From assembly GCA_002774875.1 (NCBI GenBank), contig PCYM01000006.1, positions 17,434 to 81,433 on the forward strand: a DNA stretch of 64,000 nucleotides. The letters run 5' to 3'. A program made the translations under genes and the position numbers. Under the pieces are notes generated by a model. The model was not told the DNA's origin. It did no database searches and was given only the letters and a program-made list of their open reading frames with translations. Positions 1 through 9,239 of this stretch are shown piece by piece. How positions within the stretch are numbered: position 1 is the first letter of the stretch; every line of letters begins with the position of its first letter. The DNA comes from Candidatus Uhrbacteria bacterium CG10_big_fil_rev_8_21_14_0_10_50_16. GTDB taxonomy: Bacteria > Patescibacteriota > Patescibacteriia > UBA9934 > UBA11717.

Positions 1-1
1 A

Positions 2-118
2 AATAGCGGTGATCGATAAAGGCACGATCGCAGATATCGGAACCCATGCCGAGCTTATGCAAAAAGGTGGGCTCTATCAACGTCTTTGGAAGCTACAATC
101 GGGAGGTTACCTCAAATA
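2..118 (+). CDS. ABC transporter ATP-binding protein, C-terminal fragment (truncated by window edge)
   Basis: Frame 2 translates to IAVIDKGTIADIGTHAELMQKGGLYQRLWKLQSGGYLK*, which matches the conserved MsbA-like C-terminal tail (hAELm..gGlY..Lw..Q). Confidence 0.6.
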
Positions 119-161
119 AAAAAACACCCGGCGTACGTCGGATGTTTTTACTTAACAACGA

Positions 162-908
162 TTACTTTGATCCCATTGTCTCAAATGCTCGTAACACCTC
201 TAACGGAATCGCAAAGATCACCGTATTGGATTGATCCGAAGAGAGATCGTTTAACGTGCTCAATGTTCGCAAGTGGAGTGCACCCGGTGTGCTGCTCAAC
301 ATCTCTGCCGCCTTCTGCAGGTTTGCAGCTGCTTGTACTTCTCCCTCCGCCTTAATAACCACGGAACGTCGCTCTCGCTCCGCCTCGGCCTGCTTTCCAA
401 TCACACGCTTCATATCCTCCGGCAACGTAACATCCTTCAACTCCACGTTGTCTACGGCAATCCCCCATGGGTCCGTTAACTCGTCCACAATGTATTTAAT
501 CTTTTTACTTGCTGCCTCCCGGTTAGACAATAATTCGTCCAGTTCCATTTCTCCAACCACGTTACGCATGGTTGTTTGTGCTAATTGACTCACAGCAAAA
601 CGGAAATCCTGAACCTCAATTACCGCCTTCTGCGCATCTTTCACCTTGTAGTAGATAACGGCGTTAATACGGGCAGAGATATTATCCTTCGTAATCGCTT
701 CTTGGTCCGGCACGTCTACCACTTTTACGCGAATATCCACCTTTTGCATCTGTTCAAAAATCGGCAGCACGAGTCGCCAACCGGGTGATTTGATAGAGAT
801 AAACTTTCCAAGCCTAAACTTGACGCCACGCTCGTACTGGTTGACCTGTCGAACAGAAATCAACAACAAAAATGCGACAAAAATCAGTACCGGAATAAAG
901 TAACCCAT
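162..908 (-). CDS. SPFH/band-7 (stomatin/prohibitin-like) membrane protein
   Basis: 248-aa ORF with an N-terminal TM helix, an SPFH core (RGVKFRLGK...) and a coiled-coil C-terminus. Confidence 0.85.
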   Translation of the reverse strand: MGYFIPVLIFVAFLLLISVRQVNQYERGVKFRLGKFISIKSPGWRLVLPIFEQMQKVDIRVKVVDVPDQEAITKDNISARINAVIYYKVKDAQKAVIEVQDFRFAVSQLAQTTMRNVVGEMELDELLSNREAASKKIKYIVDELTDPWGIAVDNVELKDVTLPEDMKRVIGKQAEAERERRSVVIKAEGEVQAAANLQKAAEMLSSTPGALHLRTLSTLNDLSSDQSNTVIFAIPLEVLRAFETMGSK

Positions 909-1027
909 AGGGTGAGAAATTATGACAATAAGTGTTTCCTTAAACTGAGTTTAACGTAACTCACTCACATTGACAAATCAGCTGATTTGCTATACTTTAT
1001 GAGCCTCGCGATACGTCGTGAGCACAC

Positions 1028-1104
1028 GCCCCGGTAGCTTAACCGGATAGAGCAGGAGGGTTCTAACCTCAAGGTTGCAGGTTCGAGTCCTGCCCGGGGC
1101 ACCA
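1028..1104 (+). tRNA. tRNA-Arg (anticodon TCT)
   Basis: Acceptor stem GCCCCGG/CCGGGGC, T-arm GCAGG-TTCGAGT-CCTGC, anticodon loop gtTCTaa, 3' ACCA. Confidence 0.75.
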
Positions 1105-1155
1105 CGTAGGAAATTGCCAGTTTTAGAAATCCATCTTACAAAACTTGATACATCT

Positions 1156-1866
1156 ATGAATCAAAAAAATAGCCTTTTGGTAGCAATAACGGTCGTCATA
1201 CTTGCTTCAATGGCCGTGTTGTATATTTTAAAAGATGTACCCGCACCTGCGGCCGTTCCTGTTTCCATAAATCCATCGCCACAACAACCGGTCGTTGTAC
1301 CGGACACCAAACCTATTGAACCAACAACACCGTCATGGGTTGGTAATCAGCTTTTATCCGTTGGTTTTCCATTACAGCCCGACCACTTGTTGTACATGAA
1401 GTTCGATGGAAGTATCGTTCCAATGGGTAAATTGTTTTACGTTAAAGGTTCTAACGGCAGTTTAACGCAAATCAAAAACGTTTCTGAACTCTCTCGAATA
1501 ACAGGTCAGATAAGCACGAGAGAGCAAGTTTTAGCCTTTGTCAGCTTTTTTACCTCCGAACCAACAAAATTTTTACTAGAACAAAATCCAGTGCAGGGAA
1601 TTGAGCCTGCTTACTCCGTATCAGAAATGCCACAATCTCTGACTCGGCTCTTAACTACAACCACGGTTGAATTGCACAACGGACAATGGGTTATAGAAAG
1701 AGACTTATTGCGGTATCCAAGCTTATCCGCTCAAGAACAGCGCGTGCCCGCTCAACTAGTGAGATCTTATGAGACCCTATCTCAAGACGGAATCTACACA
1801 TTTAGTATTGGCCGTGTACTAGCGGAAGGCGATGAGGTAAATAGTTTTTTACCTTATTATGATTAG
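1156..1866 (+). CDS. hypothetical protein, N-terminal TM anchor
   Basis: The ORF-track start at 1075 overlaps the tRNA; the first ATG after the tRNA is MNQKNSLLVAITVVILASMAV (a TM helix). No recognisable domain. Confidence 0.5.
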   Translation: MNQKNSLLVAITVVILASMAVLYILKDVPAPAAVPVSINPSPQQPVVVPDTKPIEPTTPSWVGNQLLSVGFPLQPDHLLYMKFDGSIVPMGKLFYVKGSNGSLTQIKNVSELSRITGQISTREQVLAFVSFFTSEPTKFLLEQNPVQGIEPAYSVSEMPQSLTRLLTTTTVELHNGQWVIERDLLRYPSLSAQEQRVPAQLVRSYETLSQDGIYTFSIGRVLAEGDEVNSFLPYYD

Positions 1867-1965
1867 GTTCACAAAAGTGCGGTCAAAAAAAACACTCTCC
1901 GTTGTTGAGAGTGTTTTAATTTTAGAAGGGAAAAATCCCTTGTCCGAATAAATTGAAATCTCGTA

Positions 1966-2895
1966 TTATTTTTTCCGTTTTTTATCGTGATGTTTTTTGT
2001 GGATATCGCGCAAATGGTTGTTTGTAATGTGTGTGTAGATTTGTGTGGTTGTAATGGAGGCGTGACCCAGCATAGCTTGAACAGATCGAATATCGGCACC
2101 TCCTCGCAATAAATCCGTAGCAAACGTGTGCCTCATAGTGTGCGGCGACACATGTTTTGTAATGCCAGCTTTACGTGCATATCCATCCACTGTTCGTTGA
2201 ATAGATCTTGGCGTCAGCCCCTGATCCACATCTCTCCCTGCTTTTGCACGATCGTGTGAAACAAACAGGAAGGGAGCCGTGTCGGCACGCCTGCTGAGAT
2301 ATACCTTAATTGCATCACGCGCGCGTTCCGACAAAAAAACAATGCGTCGTTTTCCACCCTTTCCTGTAACCGTAAACTCATCGCGCTTTAAATTGACGTG
2401 ATCAATCTCGAGTCGTGCGAGCTCTGATACACGTAACCCCGTAGAAAAAAGCGTTTCCAAAATTGCCGAATCTCGTAACGACACGAGTCCCTTACCGCGT
2501 TTTGGAATGTCCAAGAGTCGGATCAGCTCGTCCTCCTCCAAAAACTCCACCTGCCGGTCCGGATGCTTTGCGAGCTCGATCTTCTCTGCCGCCAAAGACT
2601 TAATGTCCCGTTTTGCTAAATATTTTAAAAATGATCGGAGGGCGATAAGGTGATAGTTTTGCGTGGTGGCTTTTGGAGCTTCTTGGTCACGCCCGTGAAT
2701 TTCTCGATTTAACCACACACGAAACTTGCGTACCTTCTCAAGTGTAATATCCCCTGGCGCCGGCCAGTGCGCCCATGTAAAAAACCGTCGTAAATAAAAA
2801 TCATAGTTTCTCAGCGTCCGTGCGCTGCGCCCCTTCTCAATCTCTAGATGTTCAAAGAAATCAAGAAGCAATATTTCTGTTTTTGATGTTGCCAT
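1966..2895 (-). CDS. tyrosine recombinase, XerC/XerD family (phage-integrase fold)
   Basis: C-terminus HTMRHTFATDLLRGGADIRSVQAMLGHASITTTQIYTHI carries the R..H..R..Y catalytic box. Start placed at MATSKTEILL (ATG on minus at 2895), not the longer ORF. Confidence 0.85.
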   Translation of the reverse strand: MATSKTEILLLDFFEHLEIEKGRSARTLRNYDFYLRRFFTWAHWPAPGDITLEKVRKFRVWLNREIHGRDQEAPKATTQNYHLIALRSFLKYLAKRDIKSLAAEKIELAKHPDRQVEFLEEDELIRLLDIPKRGKGLVSLRDSAILETLFSTGLRVSELARLEIDHVNLKRDEFTVTGKGGKRRIVFLSERARDAIKVYLSRRADTAPFLFVSHDRAKAGRDVDQGLTPRSIQRTVDGYARKAGITKHVSPHTMRHTFATDLLRGGADIRSVQAMLGHASITTTQIYTHITNNHLRDIHKKHHDKKRKK

Positions 2896-2989
2896 ATCCG
2901 TATTATACGACACTTGGTGCAGACGAGCGAGTGTGAATTGACAAACAACCCAATTTACGTTAGGTTGGATCTGTTGGCGCTGCACACAA

Positions 2990-3470
2990 GGAGTCGACCG
3001 GCTTGTCGCAAGGAAAGCCCGACTAAGACTAGGAGCTATCGAATCAACCCCCTCCCCCTAATTCGAACGCTCAGGTCTATGGTGCCTGCTCCCGTGCATT
3101 CCCAGCAGGCCGGTCCGAGGTAACTCTCGGACCGGCCACTAACCTTCTCTTTCGGACCGCTAAACAGGCGGTTTTGCTGTTTCTTGACCCAGAACCAATG
3201 AAGGAGCAATGTTCTCTCGCACCATTCGACCGTAGGATGGAGCTTACCCGACCGACGATCACGTCCGGCCAATATCCCCCACCAGGGACTAGGCCGGGCG
3301 TGGGCTGGGTCACGCTATCCGACCGTCCACCTCTGGACGGTTTGTTGTTTCTACCCCTCAATCCACCTTCGGGATTGACAAATAACACGCTTTCTTGTAT
3401 ATTCCTAGCGTTATTCACCAACGATCGCTTGGTACCTGATCTCTCCGACGGGTCACTCGGCCTTCGCTAA
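2990..3470. ncRNA. candidate structured ncRNA (rnpB or ssrA possible; strand undetermined)
   Basis: ~480 bp with no credible ORF and higher GC than its flanks. Many hairpins (GGCCGGTCCGAGGTAACTCTCGGACCGGCC with a GNRA-type loop; TTCGAAT...ATTCGAA). The motif GGAAAGCCCGAC resembles the RNase P P4 strand GGAAAGUCCGGGC, but the complementary P4 strand was not found. Confidence 0.3.
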
Positions 3471-3479
3471 TCGATTACT

Positions 3480-3743
3480 ATGCTTACAAAGAAGCAAAAG
3501 GAGAATATTATTAGCAAATTTGCTACCCACAAGAGTGACACGGGGTCACCACAGGTGCAGGTTGCGATTCTTACCTCCGAGATCAAAGATCTTACGGGTC
3601 ACTTGCGAACACACAAAAAGGACCACTCATCCCGACGCGGACTCATCCGCAAGGTAAATGAGCGTCGCCGTTTGCTCAAATACTTGGAGCGAGAGGACCT
3701 CAAGGCCCACAAAAAGTTAAAAGAAGCGTTGAAGTTGAAGTAA
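3480..3743 (+). CDS. rpsO: 30S ribosomal protein S15
   Basis: 87 aa; ...GSPQVQVAILTSEIKDLTGHLRTHKKDHSSRRGLIRKVNERRRLLKYL is the S15 signature. Confidence 0.95.
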   Translation: MLTKKQKENIISKFATHKSDTGSPQVQVAILTSEIKDLTGHLRTHKKDHSSRRGLIRKVNERRRLLKYLEREDLKAHKKLKEALKLK

Positions 3744-3750
3744 TTTTCCG

Positions 3751-3780
3751 TCCCCGCGGCTTTGTTGTCGCGGGGATTTG
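3751..3780 (+). terminator. rho-independent terminator after rpsO
   Basis: TCCCCGCG-loop-CGCGGGGA followed by TTTGG. Confidence 0.6.
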
Positions 3781-3975
3781 GCTAACAAGATCCTAGTCGT
3801 GTTCGGTTCTGCTGAATACGCCCGGTACCTTGTACCGTTTTATAAACATTTTGGGAGGTTTTGTTGGAAAAACGTAACACCGTTTCCTTTATTCCTAATT
3901 GTGCGGTTTTCTCAAATTTGTGCCGCACACAATCGCGTCACGCATGTTCCACGCATCTCTCAATCACTTTTTATC

Positions 3976-4707
3976 ATGATCCATCACAAACATCAGCGTG
4001 TCGGTGTCTTTATCGACGTACAGAATCTGTACTATAGCGCTCGTAATCTCTATAACCGAAAGGTAAACTTTGGCAATATTGTCAAAAAGGCGGTTGGAGC
4101 CCGCCAACTCATTCGTGCAACTGCGTACGTCGTTTCTACAAAAACCGGAGAGAACCAGCCGTTTTTTGACGCGCTCAATAATCTTGGAATCGAAACCAAG
4201 GAGAAAGAGCTCATGGAATACGACGGTGGCCAAAAGAAGGCCGACTGGGACGTTGGTATTACCGTGGACGCCATTAGCTCCGCACCAGATTTAGACGTGA
4301 TCATTCTCGTCTCCGGTGACGGTGACTACATGCCACTCATTGATTACCTCCACAGCAGAGGAAAATTTGTAGAGGTTGCAGCATTCCGAGAAACAACATC
4401 TTCTCGTCTTATCGAGAAGGTTGGGAGCTCAAACTACATCAACTTGTCGGAGAATAAGCGTAGTTTCCTCATTCCAACTGGTAGCCACGGAGCCGGAACG
4501 ATGGTATCAGACACAACCTCCGCTCAACCGCTTGCACAGGAGAAGGTTGAGGCAAAACCTGTAGTTAGATCTCTTTCAAAACCTCAAATCAAGCACATGC
4601 AAGCACCCGCTCCCAAGCAGATTCGTTACCCTGCGCGAGCTCACGTTACTGCAAAACCTGTAGATTACGACGGACTCTCACCCAATGAGCGTGCCTTAAA
4701 CAATTAG
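3976..4707 (+). CDS. NYN-domain (LabA/DUF88-like) protein
   Basis: VGVFIDVQNLYYSARNL ... VILVSGDGDYMPLI matches the NYN/PIN-like fold. Start placed at MIHHKHQRVGVF; the C-terminal third is low complexity. Confidence 0.75.
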   Translation: MIHHKHQRVGVFIDVQNLYYSARNLYNRKVNFGNIVKKAVGARQLIRATAYVVSTKTGENQPFFDALNNLGIETKEKELMEYDGGQKKADWDVGITVDAISSAPDLDVIILVSGDGDYMPLIDYLHSRGKFVEVAAFRETTSSRLIEKVGSSNYINLSENKRSFLIPTGSHGAGTMVSDTTSAQPLAQEKVEAKPVVRSLSKPQIKHMQAPAPKQIRYPARAHVTAKPVDYDGLSPNERALNN

Positions 4708-4883
4708 AAACCCGTTGTCTCATAAGCTACGGCTTGTGAGCAACGAAGCGTGCATATCAACACAGAGCGTCAGATGATATGATTGCTTCGTCGCTAAAAC
4801 GACATCTCATTCACAGCCTGGTGGCAAGATAGAGACCTCAACACATTGAGTTCTTGAGTCTGACTGCCAGGGGAACCAATTTT

Positions 4884-7133
4884 ATGGAACCAAAACAATT
4901 CTCTACGGAGTGGGCAGGTAAAACGCTTACGATCGAAGTAGGACGAATGGCTTTCCAGGCAGACGCCGCTTGTACCGTGCGCTATGGCGACACGGTCGTT
5001 ATGGCAACGGTCGTTATGTCCAAGGAAGAACGTCCTGGAATGAACTTTTTCCCGCTCATGGTGGATTACGAGGAAAAGTATTCCGCTGCTGGTAAGATCA
5101 AGGGATCGCGATTCATTAAGCAAGAGGGACGACCATCAGACCAAGCCGTTTTGGCTGGCCGTATGATCGACCGTACGCTACGACCGCTTTTTGATGAGCG
5201 TATTCGTAACGATATCCAGGTAATCGCATCCGTGTTGTCATTCGATGAGGAAAATGATCCGGATATCGTGGCAATCATTGCTTCTTGCGTTGTTCTCCAT
5301 ATGTCTCAAATCCCATGGGAGGGACCGGTTGCTGGTATTCGTATGGGACACATAGACGGCGCATGGATTGCCAATCCAACCTACACGCAACGAGAAACAA
5401 GCGTATCGGACCTCGTGGTCTGCGGAACAACTGACCGACTGCTCATGGTAGAAGCAAGTGCAAAACAGATACCAGACGCAACCATGATGGAAGGGGTAGA
5501 AGCCGGGCTCAAATCGCTCTCACCTGTTCTGGATCTCATTCAGCAAGTTCGTGATGCCGTCGGATCCGAGAAAATCGATCCCTTACAAGGCAAGGAAACA
5601 GCTGAACAAATGGCGACACGTGAGCAGGTAGAATCTCTTGCAAAGCCATTTATCAGCAAAAAAGTGGAGGAGCTCTTCTTTGGCGCACCACTTGATCGCA
5701 AAATTGATCGTGCTATGGCCCGAGGAGTTCTCACAGATCAGCTCAAGGATTTCTTACTCAGTGAAGGTGTAGAGGAAGAGAACCTTTCTTTTGGCACCAG
5801 CATGGTGTACCACGAGATCGAACACGTCATCTCTCAACAAATTCTCAAAAATGATCGTCGCGTTGACGGCCGTGCAATCGAAGAAATTCGTCCTCTTAGC
5901 TGTACCGTGGGGCTTTTACCACGCACGCATGGATCAGGACTTTTTGCACGCGGAGAAACACAGGTTCTCTCAACCGTAACCCTCGCAGGCCCAGGTGCAG
6001 CGCAGGTGATCGATACAATGGAAGTAGACGAGAAAAAGCGCTACATGCATCACTACTCATTTCCTCCATTTAGTGTCGGGGAAACGCGACCATTGCGAGG
6101 ACCAGGACGTCGTGAGGTTGGTCATGGTGCACTCGCAGAAAAAGCTCTCGAGCCTGTTCTTCCAGACGCAGAGGTATTCCCTTACGTAATCCGTGTTACA
6201 TCGGACACCATGGGATCAAACGGCTCTAGCTCTATGGGATCCGTCTGCGGATCGACAATCTCACTATTGGATGCAGGCGTTCCGCTTAAAGCGCCCGTCG
6301 CAGGTGTGGCTGTCGGTCTTGCATCGACACCCGACATGAACGAATGGAAAGTGTTTACGGATCTACAGGATTTAGAGGATGGACAGGGCGGAATGGACTT
6401 TAAAGTCGCAGGAACAACAGACGGCGTAACAGCAATTCAGCTGGACACAAAAACGCTCGGACTCAACATGGACATTGTAAAGGAAGCCTTCCGACAAGCC
6501 TCAAAGGCACGAGGGCAGATTCTTGAAGTTATCTCCAACACTATTGCAGAACCACGCGCCGAGCTTTCTCTCTACGCGCCTCGTATTGAGAGTATGCGTA
6601 TTAATCCAGACAAGATTCGTGACGTCATTGGCCCAGGAGGAAAGATGATTAACGAAATTATTGCCAAGACGGGTGTAGAAATTGATATTGAAGATGATGG
6701 AGTTGTCACGATTACCTCACGTATGGCAGAGGGAATGAAGGAAGCAATGGATTGGGTTAGGCTGCTTACTGCAGAAATTGAAGTAGGAAAGACGTATCAC
6801 GGAACGGTTACACGTCTTATGGATTTTGGTGCGTTCGTCGAAGTCCTGCCAAAGCAAGAAGGACTTGTGCATGTCTCCGAGATGGCGCCCTACCGCGTAA
6901 ACCAGGTAAAGGACATTGTAAAGGAAGGGGACAAGGTCTATGTAAAGGTCACCGAGGTAGACCAAATGGGTCGCACGAACCTCTCTATGAAGCAAGCAGA
7001 GGGAAATGTGTACCCAGAACCACCCACACAGGCAGAACGAAAGCCAGAAGGGGATCGTCCTGCACGTCGACCAGGATCGGATCGACCATCAGCGCCACGC
7101 GGTCCACGTCCACCACACCGTAATAACGGATAA
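4884..7133 (+). CDS. pnp: polyribonucleotide nucleotidyltransferase (PNPase)
   Basis: Two RNase PH domains, GGMDFKVAGT, and KH + S1 domains (GKTYHGTVTRLMDFGAFVEV). Start placed at MEPKQFSTEW. Confidence 0.95.
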   Translation: MEPKQFSTEWAGKTLTIEVGRMAFQADAACTVRYGDTVVMATVVMSKEERPGMNFFPLMVDYEEKYSAAGKIKGSRFIKQEGRPSDQAVLAGRMIDRTLRPLFDERIRNDIQVIASVLSFDEENDPDIVAIIASCVVLHMSQIPWEGPVAGIRMGHIDGAWIANPTYTQRETSVSDLVVCGTTDRLLMVEASAKQIPDATMMEGVEAGLKSLSPVLDLIQQVRDAVGSEKIDPLQGKETAEQMATREQVESLAKPFISKKVEELFFGAPLDRKIDRAMARGVLTDQLKDFLLSEGVEEENLSFGTSMVYHEIEHVISQQILKNDRRVDGRAIEEIRPLSCTVGLLPRTHGSGLFARGETQVLSTVTLAGPGAAQVIDTMEVDEKKRYMHHYSFPPFSVGETRPLRGPGRREVGHGALAEKALEPVLPDAEVFPYVIRVTSDTMGSNGSSSMGSVCGSTISLLDAGVPLKAPVAGVAVGLASTPDMNEWKVFTDLQDLEDGQGGMDFKVAGTTDGVTAIQLDTKTLGLNMDIVKEAFRQASKARGQILEVISNTIAEPRAELSLYAPRIESMRINPDKIRDVIGPGGKMINEIIAKTGVEIDIEDDGVVTITSRMAEGMKEAMDWVRLLTAEIEVGKTYHGTVTRLMDFGAFVEVLPKQEGLVHVSEMAPYRVNQVKDIVKEGDKVYVKVTEVDQMGRTNLSMKQAEGNVYPEPPTQAERKPEGDRPARRPGSDRPSAPRGPRPPHRNNG

Positions 7134-8137
7134 TGTATCGTTACCGCGACAACTATTTAGACACACAGCAGTCAGCCCGACCTTGGATCCGTTGGGCTGC
7201 TGTTGTTTTGTATCTCTTACTTGTGGGTTATTTAGCGATTACGTGGATACATCAGGGCAATGCTATTCCTAACGCTTCCTCATCCATTGGTGGTGCTGTC
7301 ACGTTACCTGAAGATGATTACGCTATTGCGATATTTTTTAATACAGACCAAAAGGAACTCCTCTTTAATGTCACAGGGCTTGTAGGTCAGGCTTTCGCGG
7401 TTAAAAATGACGGATCAATCGTGTCTATTAACCAAATGGTTCCATCGGCGCCAAGACCTCCTGCATGGTTTCTTCCAACAACAGTAGGCGTTGTCTACGT
7501 GAGAGAAGGGGATACTGTCACAACGCGCCGTCTATTTCGTATCAAAAATGGCATAGCTGTTTCTATGCCAGGTCAAAAGGCAATCCAAATCCCCATTCAT
7601 CCCAATGCAACAATCGGAATACATTGCTCCAACAACTGCTCTATTCCTGGTACAAGCCTCGTCCTCCCAGAAGGGCTCGACCTTATTTCTACCGATCATC
7701 AACTCATGATCGCAACGGACGCAAAAAATAGAGCGTCCTTTATGCAATTTATTTATGTGAGTAGCAAGCAGCAGAACCCCATAGAAAGAGATCGGCTCAC
7801 CAACGATGGGCGTACGATCTCAGAGCTCGTCCCGGCAGACACGATCGACACAATTATTACAGACGAAGCTTTGCAAACGCACTACACAGGAGGAACAACC
7901 TTTGGATGGTACTATCAGATCAATGAAGATCGTGACGTGCTCTTGGCATCAACATCAACAGACCTCCTAAATGAGTACACATCAGAGATGTCTACAGCTA
8001 CGTGGACAAATACAATTTGTGAAAAACACCCAGTCTCGTTTTACAGATATCATTCTTTGCCAATGTTAGAGGAAAACACGCAATCGACCTACACACTTGT
8101 TCGAAGTATAAATTCCTGGCGTATCTGTGCAGAGTAA
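7133..8137 (+). CDS. hypothetical protein with an N-terminal TM anchor
   Basis: 334-aa ORF; the ATG overlaps the pnp stop (TAATG); TM helix WAAVVLYLLLVGYLAITW; no recognisable domain. Confidence 0.5.
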   Translation: MYRYRDNYLDTQQSARPWIRWAAVVLYLLLVGYLAITWIHQGNAIPNASSSIGGAVTLPEDDYAIAIFFNTDQKELLFNVTGLVGQAFAVKNDGSIVSINQMVPSAPRPPAWFLPTTVGVVYVREGDTVTTRRLFRIKNGIAVSMPGQKAIQIPIHPNATIGIHCSNNCSIPGTSLVLPEGLDLISTDHQLMIATDAKNRASFMQFIYVSSKQQNPIERDRLTNDGRTISELVPADTIDTIITDEALQTHYTGGTTFGWYYQINEDRDVLLASTSTDLLNEYTSEMSTATWTNTICEKHPVSFYRYHSLPMLEENTQSTYTLVRSINSWRICAE

Positions 8138-8143
8138 CCATTC

Positions 8144-8200
8144 TGTGGATAACCTGAGGGTAACTGTGGATTAATGTGGATAAGAAATTACTTATCCACA
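8144..8200. promoter_or_regulatory. cluster of four DnaA-box 9-mers
   Basis: TGTGGATAA 8144-8152, TGTGGATTA 8165-8173, TGTGGATAA 8175-8183 and inverted TTATCCACA 8192-8200. The first box is 7 bp after the stop of the preceding gene. Confidence 0.6.
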
Positions 8201-8263
8201 TTTTTGTTTAAAAATAACGAACAAGTTTTTGTTTTTTTATCTAAAATAAGCCAAATACATCCG

Positions 8264-8292
8264 TTGACAAATAGTGTTCAACGTGCTACTAT
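8264..8292 (+). promoter_or_regulatory. sigma70-like promoter (TTGACA-17-TACTAT)
   Basis: Perfect -35 TTGACA, 17-nt spacer, -10 TACTAT. It points into an ORF-free GC-rich region. Confidence 0.4.
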
Positions 8293-8297
8293 GTGTA

Positions 8298-8700
8298 TGT
8301 ACCCTTCAAACAATCGTTCTTTCAAAACCCCTACCACAGGGGTGTCTAGCGAAGACTGGTACATCTTGGCTGCGCACCTCTCCTCGCAACTGTTCTATTC
8401 CATTGTTTAAAAATAAAAACATAAAATTGGGATAAAACAAACGCCACGAAGGGCTCCCCTCAATACATGTTGGTCTCAAATTGGACCGGCGCTCGAGGGA
8501 TGCCATAGAACGGTTATGAGGGAAATGTTCTACCACGTGCAGGCAGCTCGTAGGCCGAGATCTGAAGACAATCCTTGTCGCTGGATCCCGGTCTACTGGA
8601 GCGCTCTTCTGCAGTGGACCTAACGTCCGACTGCCCGAGTCACCAGCGCTCCACCTATCTATAAAGGGAGACGCTCGTAGTTCAGGCAGTCTTTTCGTTT
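8298..8700 (+). ncRNA. candidate structured ncRNA downstream of a promoter (possible RNase P RNA-like)
   Basis: ~400 nt with no credible ORF and high GC. Hairpins CCCCTACCACAGGGG and GGACCGG...CCGGTC. The 3' segment CCCGGUCUACUGG resembles the RNase P P4-3' CCCGGCUUAUCGG. Confidence 0.3.
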
Positions 8701-8760
8701 CCACAACCCTTGACAGTTTTTTCATAATAGATCACTGCTTAATTGGTATACTAGTAGTCC

Positions 8761-9228
8761 ATGAAACTATCTACCCCCCATCGTTCCGTGGTGATTGCAT
8801 TGATTGTTACATGTCTTCTCGTTATAAGCGATGGATTATTTAAGTTCATTGCATTATCGCGCCTTAGAGACGTATTTATTCCAGTCTTACCGGGTGTCGC
8901 CGAGTTTTATCTCCACAAAAACCTAGGTGTTGTTGCAAATACACCTATACCTCTCCTGCTCGTCATACCTCTTTCGGTTGTTATTCTCATCGGATGCAGT
9001 ATGTGGCTTTCTCGCATCTGGAGTCATCAGCCGAGTTTAGCCATTAGTCTGGTCTTACTCATTGGAGGAGCCTTTGGTAATTTGGTCGATCGTGTTGTCC
9101 ACGGGTTTACAACAGACTATCTCCTGCTATTCAGTCGGAGCATCATAAATCTGTCGGACGTACTCATTGTTCTTGGCATACTGGGTATTTTGTTCGCTAC
9201 AAACAAAACCTCCCCACATCAATCATAA
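8761..9228 (+). CDS. lspA: lipoprotein signal peptidase II
   Basis: 155 aa, 4 TM helices, GGAFGNLVDR and NLSDVLIVLG motifs. Confidence 0.9.
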   Translation: MKLSTPHRSVVIALIVTCLLVISDGLFKFIALSRLRDVFIPVLPGVAEFYLHKNLGVVANTPIPLLLVIPLSVVILIGCSMWLSRIWSHQPSLAISLVLLIGGAFGNLVDRVVHGFTTDYLLLFSRSIINLSDVLIVLGILGILFATNKTSPHQS

Positions 9229-9239
9229 AGGAGGTTTTT

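Noticed and set aside
1075-1155. 5' extension of ORF 1075-1866 overlapping tRNA-Arg
   Set aside because: The first 27 codons lie inside the tRNA gene; the start was moved to the first ATG after the tRNA.
2990-3470. Assigning the structured region definitively as tmRNA or RNase P RNA
   Set aside because: I could not identify a tag reading frame, a tRNA-like T-arm/acceptor, or a complete P4 pairing by eye, so it is left as an unnamed ncRNA candidate.
8306-8725. 139-aa minus-strand ORF upstream of lspA
   Set aside because: The translation is R/S/P-rich with no domains. The region is better explained as a GC-rich structured non-coding transcript downstream of a consensus promoter.
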